From: an uncultured Solirubrobacterales bacterium
GTDB taxonomy: Bacteria > Actinomycetota > Thermoleophilia > Solirubrobacterales > Solirubrobacteraceae
Direction of reading: 5' to 3'
NCBI GenBank assembly: GCA_963823315.1
Contig: CAWGLB010000011.1
Coordinates: 70,698-134,697 of the forward strand
DNA length: 64,000 nt
Of this stretch, positions 19,624 through 27,753 are shown one piece after another; position 1 is the stretch's first letter, and each line of letters begins with the position of its first letter. Both the position numbers and the translations under genes were made by a program. Under the pieces are notes generated by a model. That model made no database searches. It saw nothing but the letters and a program-made list of their open reading frames with translations, and was not told the origin of the DNA.

Positions 19624-20642
19624 GCGCTGAGCGAGAGCAGCAGCGCTTCAAGGCAGCGGCGCGGCGCTTCGCGAGCGGTGTGACCGTTGTGACGACCCGC
19701 GACGGACATTGCGTACACGGCATCACCGCCTCCTCGTTTTCGTCGCTCTCGCTCGACCCGCTGCTCGTCGCCGTGGCGGTCGACCATCGGAGCCGCCTGA
19801 TCGAGTTCGTCGAATCGGCCCGGGTATTTGCGATCAGTGTGCTGGCGCGAAGCCAGCGCGAGCTATGCCAGTACTTTGCGACTCCGAACAGAAAGCGGGG
19901 AGTGGAGCATTTCGAGGTCGCGGCGAGCTACCCGGTCGAGACCGGCGCACCCGTGCTAGCCGGATGCATTGCCTACTTCGACTGCCGGCTGCACGCGATC
20001 CTCCCCGGGGGGGATCACCGGATCCTGGTCGGAGAAGTGGTCGCGGCGGGTGAGTCGGGAGGGGAGCCTCTCCTCTACTTCGAAGGCTGCTATCACGGAC
20101 TCGGGCTGCCACAAGCCGGTGCTTCGGGAGCGGCCGTAGGAGACGCTGAGAGTACGCGGCAAGCGGACCTCCTCGCCGTCCAGCGGGCGGTCGAGCCGAC
20201 AATTGTCGAGCTGGCGGCGGCTGGCGCGACCCCACACGATCTCCGGCGCCTGACCTCGCTACTGAAATCGGCGGCAACGGTCACGGGCGAGCCGCGGCGG
20301 TTCACTGAGCTCAGCCTCGAGTTTCACGCGGCGCTCGCGGAGGCCTCGGGGAACGCGACGCTGAAAACTGTTGCGGCGTCGCTGCGGGCGGAACAGCAGT
20401 TCGCTTACGAGTCACGAACAGATCCCTTCCGGGCACAGCAGGTGCTTGCCGTACACCAGACGATTCTCGACCTAGTACGGGGAGGTGACGCCGCGGGGGC
20501 GCGTGTCGCGATGCTCAAGCATATCGATGACATGCAGCGTCACTTCTGCGCCTCGGCCGACTCGGCCCAAGACGGTGCGACCGAGATCGGCCGTACCCTG
20601 ATGCCGGCAAGCACCTCGGCGTTGATGGCGAGGCCGACATAG
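19620..20642 (+). CDS. HpaC-type flavin reductase fused to a GntR FCD domain
   Basis: FASGVTVVTT, GITASSFSSLSLDPLLV, GGDHRILVGEV; then DLLAVQRAVEP, EFHAALAEASGN, HQTILD..GDAAGARVAMLKHI. Confidence 0.85.
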   Translation: MSAEREQQRFKAAARRFASGVTVVTTRDGHCVHGITASSFSSLSLDPLLVAVAVDHRSRLIEFVESARVFAISVLARSQRELCQYFATPNRKRGVEHFEVAASYPVETGAPVLAGCIAYFDCRLHAILPGGDHRILVGEVVAAGESGGEPLLYFEGCYHGLGLPQAGASGAAVGDAESTRQADLLAVQRAVEPTIVELAAAGATPHDLRRLTSLLKSAATVTGEPRRFTELSLEFHAALAEASGNATLKTVAASLRAEQQFAYESRTDPFRAQQVLAVHQTILDLVRGGDAAGARVAMLKHIDDMQRHFCASADSAQDGATEIGRTLMPASTSALMARPT

Positions 20643-21115
20643 AAGGCGAATGTCTGGAGCGCTGTCAATTGCATCGACCGCGCCCAGTCGCGCTGCAACA
20701 GGGCGATCTGCTCCCGGACGCGGACGTCGATCGATGCCAGCAACCGCTCGGCAGCTTCGGTCGAGGTGACATTTATGCCTCTGCGGTCCTTATCTGACCG
20801 GATCCTCCGAGCGTAACCGTGCTGCTCGAGCGAGCTGATGAGCTTCGAGGCCACGTCAGGACCGACGTCGAGTCTGTCTGCCAGATCCTTTACCTGGAGG
20901 GTCCGGCCGGGGGAGCCGAAGACCTGGATCAGTGCCTGGTGCTCAAGAGGATCGAGACCGACCCTCCGCGCGTGCTCATCGATCAGCCGAAAAACTTTCC
21001 GGATCGCATAGCGAGCGTCGGCGACGTGGCTGAAGTAGCTGTGCAACTCGTCTGCGGTCGATCCCGCGGATCGATCGGCAAGATCCCCCCGGATCTCCTC
21101 CGATGCACGGGTCAA
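20540..21115 (-). CDS. MarR-family transcriptional regulator
   Basis: GLDPLEHQALIQV, VKDLADRLDV..SKLISSLEQHGYARRIRSDKDRR. Confidence 0.88.
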   Translation of the reverse strand: MTRASEEIRGDLADRSAGSTADELHSYFSHVADARYAIRKVFRLIDEHARRVGLDPLEHQALIQVFGSPGRTLQVKDLADRLDVGPDVASKLISSLEQHGYARRIRSDKDRRGINVTSTEAAERLLASIDVRVREQIALLQRDWARSMQLTALQTFAFYVGLAINAEVLAGIRVRPISVAPSWAESAEAQK

Positions 21116-21184
21116 TCTCTGCTCTCAGCGGGCGCGTTGGCCCTCCGAACCGGCGCGTTAGCCCTTTTGCACACGACAGCTCCA

Positions 21185-21410
21185 ATGATAGGGCTGACGA
21201 AGAAGGAAGTCCTCGCAGATCGGGTGAGGTTCAGCGCGCCGGTGTACCTGGAGAGTCTTTCCAGCGCGCGAACCGGGTTCAAGACGACCGATGGCAGGCC
21301 TACGAATCCCAAGTCGTGGGGCCGGGTTGGGACCCCAAGGAGTTCGAGGTGATCGATCCACTTCGCATGCGAGCCGGCCCGCACGGACGATATCCTGGAG
21401 GCGGTCCGTC
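21185..21410 (+). pseudogene. Possible eroded SDR C-terminal remnant
   Basis: Translates to MIGLTK..EVLADRVRFSA..WGRVGTP, echoing the SDR motifs IGLTK/GVRVNA/GRxGTP; very degenerate. Confidence 0.35.
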
Positions 21411-21517
21411 GCCTGTCTCCGGGGAGAATATGATCCACCAGGGGCACGACCGCGTGACGCCGCCCCGAGTAGAGAAGTGATGGCAGGACGCCCGCCACCC
21501 TACGCAGTCAGAGTAAC

Positions 21518-22414
21518 GTGATAAGCGCCTCGATCCTGGTCCCCTCGATCGGCTTCGGGCTTGTGACGGCGTCGATCCTCGCGCTCGCCGCGGTCGGGTT
21601 CACGCTCCAGTTCGGGGTGACGAACATCCTTAACCTCGCCTACGGAGACCTGATGACGGCCTCCGCGTATGTTGGCTATCTGGTAAACCGCCACGGCGGA
21701 AGCATCGTTGAATCACTTGCCGCGGGTGGCGTGTTCTGCGCCGTCGCGTCGCTGCTGCTTAATCGGCTTGTTTACTCACCGTTCCTGCGGCGCGGAACGC
21801 CGCTGTTCGGCATGGTGATCATCAGCCTGTCGATGGGCATCATCATCCAGAACATTCTGTTGGCGATCGGCGGAGCGACGTTCTACACGTACAGCTTCAA
21901 CGTGGGTGCGACAGTTCATCCGCTCGGGTTGGACCTTAACACTTCGCAGCTGGAGATCATGGCGCTCGCAGTTGTCGCGATGGTGGTAGTGCATCTGCTG
22001 CTGACTCAGACCCGCTTAGGTAAGGCGATGCGTGCCACCGCGGCCAACCGTAGCCTGGCGATGACATGCGGGATCGCCGCCGACCGAGTGGTCGATGTGG
22101 CCTGGCTGCTATCCGGGCTGCTGTGCGGCCTCGCGGGGGTGGTCCTGGTGCTTAACACGATCACGTTCCAGAGCACCACGGGCAGTGACTTCCTGGTGGT
22201 GATCATCGCGGCGACGATGCTCGGCGGCGTCGGTCGCGCAAACGGGGCAATGATCGGCGCACTCGTTCTGGGCATCGTCACCGAGGTGTCAGCCGCGTAC
22301 ATCTCGCCCAACTACAAGGAGGTATTCGCTTTCGCTGTGCTGGTGATCGTGTTGCTCGTGCGACCAACCGGCATCTTTGCCCAGGGTGCTGTGAAACGAG
22401 AGGCTTCGGCATGA
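21518..22414 (+). CDS. livH: Branched-chain amino acid ABC permease (LivH-like)
   Basis: ALAAVGFTLQFGVTNILNLAYGD; TRLGKAMRATAAN; multiple TM helices. Confidence 0.92.
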   Translation: MISASILVPSIGFGLVTASILALAAVGFTLQFGVTNILNLAYGDLMTASAYVGYLVNRHGGSIVESLAAGGVFCAVASLLLNRLVYSPFLRRGTPLFGMVIISLSMGIIIQNILLAIGGATFYTYSFNVGATVHPLGLDLNTSQLEIMALAVVAMVVVHLLLTQTRLGKAMRATAANRSLAMTCGIAADRVVDVAWLLSGLLCGLAGVVLVLNTITFQSTTGSDFLVVIIAATMLGGVGRANGAMIGALVLGIVTEVSAAYISPNYKEVFAFAVLVIVLLVRPTGIFAQGAVKREASA

Positions 22415-23433
22415 ATGCCACTGCGTTCTATCTGACCACACTGCTGGTTTACCTCGGCGTCGACATCATGGCCGTCTGGGCGCTCAACCTTCAGTACGGA
22501 GTGGGGGGTGTCTACAACTTCGCGTTCATCATTTTTCAGGCCGTGGGTGCGTACGTCGCGGGGGTGCTGACGCTCGGACCGGCCTCGGGCAATGGCGGCT
22601 TCCAGAGCTACGTCCTCGGAGCGCACCTGCCCTGGCCGCTGCCGGTCCTCGCAGGAGGGGCGGCAGCCGGGATCTTGGCGCTGGCGCTCGGCTGGGTGGC
22701 ACTGCGCAAACTTCGCACCGACTACCAGGCGATGGTGATGCTCGTCATCTCGGTCTGCGCAACCCTGGTCGTCACCAACGCGACCGGGCTGTTCAATGGC
22801 CCGGCGGGTCTCGCGCTGATCCCGCAGCCGCTGTCGAACTGGGTGGGTCCGGACTCGGTCAACTATCAGTGGCTCTATGTCGGCATCACGTTTTTCGTCT
22901 GTGCGGTCGTCTACCTGTTCGTCCACCGTGTCACGGCCTCGCCGCTGGGCCGCGCGCTACGAGCCTCGCGCGATAACGACGCCGCGGCGGAGGCGCTCGG
23001 CAAAAATGTTGCAAGGCTGCGCCTGTTCGTCTTCGTGTTCGGCAACGTGATCGCGGGGATCAGCGGTGCGGTGCTCGTGCAGTTCATTGGCGCCTGGTCG
23101 CCTGGCTCCTGGCTCTACGTTGAGACGCTGGTCGTGCTCACAGCGATCATTGTCGGCGGGACCGGCAACAACGCCGGGGTCATGCTGGGCGCGCTACTGG
23201 TGCCAGTTGCCTTCAACGAGGCGACGCGGTACCTGCCACAAATCGGCAGGCCCGGCCTGATCGACGCGTTGCAGTGGATCGTCATCGGACTGCTGGCGTT
23301 GGTGTTCATGTGGTTCTGGCCCCGCGGCATCATTCCCGAGCGGCGGCGGCGGTTTCGGCGGGTCCAGGCGCCGCGCGCCAAGGACACGGAGCCGGCTGTG
23401 CCCGACAGCGCCTACCTCGTCGATCGCCGATGA
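22411..23433 (+). CDS. livM: Branched-chain amino acid ABC permease (LivM-like)
   Basis: ALNLQYGVGG, SPLGRALRASRDND, IIVGGTGNNAG; ATGA overlap with the previous gene. Confidence 0.92.
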   Translation: MNATAFYLTTLLVYLGVDIMAVWALNLQYGVGGVYNFAFIIFQAVGAYVAGVLTLGPASGNGGFQSYVLGAHLPWPLPVLAGGAAAGILALALGWVALRKLRTDYQAMVMLVISVCATLVVTNATGLFNGPAGLALIPQPLSNWVGPDSVNYQWLYVGITFFVCAVVYLFVHRVTASPLGRALRASRDNDAAAEALGKNVARLRLFVFVFGNVIAGISGAVLVQFIGAWSPGSWLYVETLVVLTAIIVGGTGNNAGVMLGALLVPVAFNEATRYLPQIGRPGLIDALQWIVIGLLALVFMWFWPRGIIPERRRRFRRVQAPRAKDTEPAVPDSAYLVDRR

Positions 23434-24236
23434 GCACGACGCTCGGCGCCAACCTCTCGGCCGCGCTGGCGACGCGGGCCGGCGCCAGTATCGAGGTCGA
23501 AGGCCTGCGCCGCCATTTCGGCGGGGTCTGGGCTGTGGACGGTGCGAGCTTTGCGGTGGCAGCAGGGTCGATCACGAGCTTGATTGGCCCGAACGGCGCC
23601 GGCAAGTCAACGGTGGTGGGAATCATCGGTGGCGCGATCCGGCCGAACGGTGGCCGGGTGCTGTTCGATGGCAAGGACATCACCAGCCTTCCGGCTTACG
23701 AGCGCGCGCGGCGAGGGCTGGTTAGGACATACCAGCTCTCAAGCGAGTTTGGGAAACTCACGGTACTTGAGAACCTGCTGGTGGCAGCACCCGGACAGCG
23801 AGGGGAAAACCTGCGAACGTTGCTGTTCGGCAAACGCTACTGGCGTAGGCAGGAAGAGGCGTTGGTCATGCGCGCGCGGGCCCTGCTCGAGCGCTTTGGC
23901 ATGTCCGAGAAGGAGGACGAGTACGCGGGAAACCTGAGCGGCGGTCAGAAGCGGCTCGTGGAGATTATGCGCGCGCTCATGGCCGAGCCCAAGATGCTCC
24001 TGCTGGACGAACCGATGGCGGGCGTCAATCCCACACTGGCCCGCTCGATCGAGGACGACCTGGTAGCGCTCGCGCGCGAGGGGCTCACGTTGCTAGCCAT
24101 TGAGCACGAACTCGACGTGGTGGAGCGGATCTCTGACAAGGTCGTGGTGATGGCCCTCGGGAGGGTGATCGCCACCGGCAGCATGAGCGAACTGCGTAAG
24201 CGGCGCGAGGTCTTGGATGCCTATCTCGGCGACTGA
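23430..24236 (+). CDS. livG: ABC ATPase (LivG-like)
   Basis: GPNGAGKST, LSGGQKRL, LLLDEPMAGVNP. Confidence 0.93.
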   Translation: MSTTLGANLSAALATRAGASIEVEGLRRHFGGVWAVDGASFAVAAGSITSLIGPNGAGKSTVVGIIGGAIRPNGGRVLFDGKDITSLPAYERARRGLVRTYQLSSEFGKLTVLENLLVAAPGQRGENLRTLLFGKRYWRRQEEALVMRARALLERFGMSEKEDEYAGNLSGGQKRLVEIMRALMAEPKMLLLDEPMAGVNPTLARSIEDDLVALAREGLTLLAIEHELDVVERISDKVVVMALGRVIATGSMSELRKRREVLDAYLGD

Positions 24237-24996
24237 ATCCTCGGGACGGGCCGCCCCGACGCTAGTGGTTGACGAGATCGTCGCTGGCTACGGTGGCCCA
24301 CCAATTATCCGCGGCGTGACGGCGCGGGTTGGAGAAGGTGAGATCGTGACGGTGGTGGGACCAAACGGTGCCGGCAAGAGCACCATGCTCAAGGCGATCG
24401 CGGGCCTGTTGCGCGTTCAATCGGGGTCGATCACGCTAGGTGAGCGCAATATCACGAATGTCCGCACGCACCAGGTGGCGCGGTGGGGCCTGGGCTACGT
24501 TCCCCAGAACGACGACGTCTTCGAGCCGCTCACGGTAACCGAGAACCTCGAGATGGGCGGGTATCTGCTCTCGCGCTCGCAGATCAAGCAACGCATCGAG
24601 TTCGTCCTGTCCGTGCTCCCCTTACTCGAGCGGTTGCTCAAGCGGCGCGCCGCCAAGCTCAGCGGGGGTGAGCGCAAGATGGTCGCCGTGGGTCGAGCGC
24701 TGATGGGCAAACCACACGTGCTCCTGCTCGATGAGCCGACCTCAGGGCTGGCCGGCGACCTCTCACGGGAGTTGCTCAGCAAGGATATCCGTGGCCTTGC
24801 ACATACCGGAACCGCCGTGCTCCTCGTGGAGCAGAAGGCGCGTGCTGCCCTGGAGATCTCCGACTGGGGCTACGTCCTGGCGGGCGGTCGCACGGTGTTG
24901 TCGAGCAGCGCCTCCGAACTTCTAGAGCGAGAGGATCTCGGCGAGGTGTTCCTGGGCCGGGTGACGGCGAGCGCCCAGGCGGGCGCCGTCGAGTAG
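24217..24996 (+). CDS. livF: ABC ATPase (LivF-like)
   Basis: GPNGAGKST, LSGGERKM, LLLDEPTSGL, LLVEQ. Confidence 0.93.
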   Translation: MPISATESSGRAAPTLVVDEIVAGYGGPPIIRGVTARVGEGEIVTVVGPNGAGKSTMLKAIAGLLRVQSGSITLGERNITNVRTHQVARWGLGYVPQNDDVFEPLTVTENLEMGGYLLSRSQIKQRIEFVLSVLPLLERLLKRRAAKLSGGERKMVAVGRALMGKPHVLLLDEPTSGLAGDLSRELLSKDIRGLAHTGTAVLLVEQKARAALEISDWGYVLAGGRTVLSSSASELLEREDLGEVFLGRVTASAQAGAVE

Positions 24997-25040
24997 CGCC
25001 TTCCATGGGCTAACTTTCGGCTGTCTTCACGTTGAGGCGC

Positions 25041-25060
25041 CGCTCTAGATCGATCTAGCG
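25041..25060. terminator. Palindrome between convergent genes; possible bidirectional terminator or protein-binding site
   Basis: Perfect 14-bp palindrome CTAGATCGATCTAG at 25045-25058; no U-tract. Confidence 0.3.
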
Positions 25061-25087
25061 ACATTCGGCGACCTCGGCGGTCAGCGC

Positions 25088-26335
25088 TCAGGCGAACGCG
25101 GTGCGAGCGTGAAGCACTGACTCGAGCCTGCTCTCCGCGAGCAGCCGCCCACCGTAGAAGACCAGCCGCCGCGGCGGAATCAGCCGCAGCGCCTCGTGCA
25201 CGGTCGGAGCCGCGACCACGACAAGGTCTGCTCGATCGCCGGGTTCGGTGCCATAATTCCGCAGACGCATCGCCCGCGCCGCGTTAACCGTGACCATGTC
25301 GAGCACTGTGTCCAGCTGCGGCGGGTATGTTAGCTGCGCGACGTGGGCGGTGTACTGCGCCACCTCGAGCTGGTCAGGCTTGCCGAACGGGTAGTACGGG
25401 TCATTGACGTCGTCCTGGGCCGAGATCACGTTTACGCCGGCATCCAGCAGCTCCCGCACGCGCGTGATCCCTCGCCTGATCATGCCCCGGTCGTTACGCC
25501 CGTCGAGTACCAGACTGATCTGGGTGTTTGTTGAGATCGTGATCCCGGCTTCGCGGACCAGCTGGATCACGCGGGCGGCATGGCTGTCGTCGTAGGCGGC
25601 GAGCGCTCCGCAGTGGCTCGCGGTGACTCGGCCCTGGTAGCCGGTCTCGATCGTCCGGACCGCCAGGTACTCGAGGCTGCGTGACGTGGGGTCATCGGTG
25701 TCGTCCGCCAACATGTGGATGTCTTTGCCGCTGCGCGCCGCGAGGTCTAGGCAAAAGTCGATGTGTTCGTGTACGTAGCGGTCCAGGCGCTCATACCACG
25801 GCAGCCCGCCGACCACGTCGGCGCCAAGCTCGATGGCCTGCTCCATGAGCTCGGCGCAGCCTGGATTGCGGATGATCCCCTCCTGCGGAAACGCCACCAC
25901 CTCGAGCGTGATCATGCCCGCGAACCGACGCCGGAGCTCCAGCAGCCCCTGCACTGGCATCAGCCCGCCGATCGTGTCGACGTCTGCGAACGCCCGCATT
26001 GCCGTGGTGCCGTTGCGGATCGCCGCCTCCACGACAGGGGTCGCGCGCCCCACGATCTCGTCGACCGTGTAACTGCGCTTGTGGTCCCAGGTGATGTAGA
26101 TCGCCTCCTGGAGGGTCTGGGAGCGGTTGGGGCGCATCCCCGCTCCGAGCATGCATTTGTCCAGGTGCTGGTGGGCGTTGACCAGGCCGGGAAGTAGCAG
26201 GTTTCCTCCGCCGTCGTACTCCTGCTCGGCCGAGGCCTGCACCGTCGGCTCGACGGCAGCGATTCGCTCATCCTCGATCGCGACGTCGAACGTGCCTTCG
26301 CGCCCGCGCAGACGGACACCGCGGATGATCTGCAT
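25088..26335 (-). CDS. Cytosine/creatinine deaminase (CodA)-like amidohydrolase with variant active site
   Basis: NAHQHLDK, VAFPQEG, VVGGLPW, IHMLADDTDDP, TASHC, SAQDDVNDPYYPFG; TGATG coupling to coxS. Confidence 0.88.
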   Translation of the reverse strand: MQIIRGVRLRGREGTFDVAIEDERIAAVEPTVQASAEQEYDGGGNLLLPGLVNAHQHLDKCMLGAGMRPNRSQTLQEAIYITWDHKRSYTVDEIVGRATPVVEAAIRNGTTAMRAFADVDTIGGLMPVQGLLELRRRFAGMITLEVVAFPQEGIIRNPGCAELMEQAIELGADVVGGLPWYERLDRYVHEHIDFCLDLAARSGKDIHMLADDTDDPTSRSLEYLAVRTIETGYQGRVTASHCGALAAYDDSHAARVIQLVREAGITISTNTQISLVLDGRNDRGMIRRGITRVRELLDAGVNVISAQDDVNDPYYPFGKPDQLEVAQYTAHVAQLTYPPQLDTVLDMVTVNAARAMRLRNYGTEPGDRADLVVVAAPTVHEALRLIPPRRLVFYGGRLLAESRLESVLHARTAFA

Positions 26336-26867
26336 CAGTCCGGCGGTGTGGCGAGCTCCGCGTTTGCCGGCGGCCGCAGCGCTCCGCGCCTCATCCGATC
26401 GGCGGCCAAGCTGCACGGACGCGACGATGTTCTGATAGCCGGTGCAGCGGCACAGGTTCCCCGCCAGCGCCTCACGGATCTGGCGCTCGTCCCAGTCTGC
26501 GGCGGCTCGGCAGCAGCGGCTCGATCGACATCAGGAAGCCGGGCGTGCAGAAGCCGCACTGGAGGCCATGGCACTCGTGGAAGGCCTGCTGGAGCGGGTG
26601 CAGCTCGCCGTCCATGCCCTCGTTGAGCGCCTCGACGGTGCGGATCGAGTGCCCCTCCGCCTGGACCGCGAACATCAGGCAGGAGCGCACCGGCTCGCCG
26701 TCCAGCTGGACCGTGCAGGCGCCGCAGACGCCGTGCTCGCAGCCGACGTGGGTGCCGGTCAGGCCGGCCTCATGGCGGATGAAGTCCGAAAGCAGGAGCC
26801 GCGGCTCGACCTCTCGCTCGTAGCGCGTGCCGTTGATCTCGACTGCGACCTTGCGCGTGTCGGGCAT
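26335..26867 (-). CDS. CoxS-like 2x[2Fe-2S] small subunit (frameshifted near 26500)
   Basis: GTHVGCEHGVCGACTV, RSCL, GLQCGFCTPG; NLCRCTGY continues in another frame. Confidence 0.9.
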
Positions 26868-27753
26868 CGTTTTGGCTGCCTCCCGACTCGTTCGATTGCC
26901 TTGTCCGATGGCGCGCCGCGACCATCCCCTCGATCAGCTGCCTCCGGTACTCGCTGCCGCCATGGATGTCGCCCGGTGGGGTTGATGTCGGCCACGGCCA
27001 GACGCGCGGCCTCGGCCGCCGCCTCCTCGTTACCGGGCGTCCCTCGAGCGCGCGCTCCGCCGCCTCGGCCCGCAGCGGCGTGTCGGCCGCCGCCAGCAAC
27101 GCGATCCGCGCCCGGCGTGCAGACGCCGTCCTCGCAGCGTGATCAGCGCCGCGGCGCCGCCCAGCGCGAAGTCGCCGTGGCGGCGGGCGTATTCGGTGAA
27201 TGCCCAGCCGGTGCGCTCGGGCACCGGCGGGACCTCGATCTCCGACAGCAGCTCCTCCGGCTCGAGCGCCGTGGTCAGATGCGTGATGAAGAAGTCGTCG
27301 CAGCCTGATGCGCGCGCCGCCCGCTTGCGCGAGCTGCGCGTGGAACGTCGCGTCGAGCGCGGTGAACGCCACCGGCAGCTCGGCCGCCGGGATCGGCGTG
27401 GGCGACCGAGCCGCCGACCGTGCCGCGGTTGCGGATCTGTGCGTGCGCCACGAAGCCGAGCGCCTCGGTCAGCAGCGGCCAGTGCTCGGCCACGAGCGGC
27501 GAGCGCTCGAGCGTGGCCTGGCGCGTCATCGCGCCGATCCGCAGCACCCCGTCCCGGCGGCGGATATAGGACAGCGACGGCAACCCGGCCGAGGTCGATC
27601 AGGTGGTCCGGGTAGGTGAGGCGGAAGTTGAGCAGCGGGACGAGGCTCTGGCCGCCGGCGAGGACCTTGGCGTCCTCGCCGTGCTCGGCGAGCAGCGCCA
27701 GCACCTCGTCGACGGCATCGCGGGTCGTGGTAATCGAACTGTGGAGGTTTCAC
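26868..27753 (-). CDS. CoxM-like FAD-binding medium subunit (multiple frameshifts; 3' end approximate)
   Basis: KPPQFDYH, KVLAGGQSLVPLLNFRL, HAQIRNRGTVGGSVAHADP, EYARRHGDFAL, DIHGGSEYRR. Confidence 0.87.
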
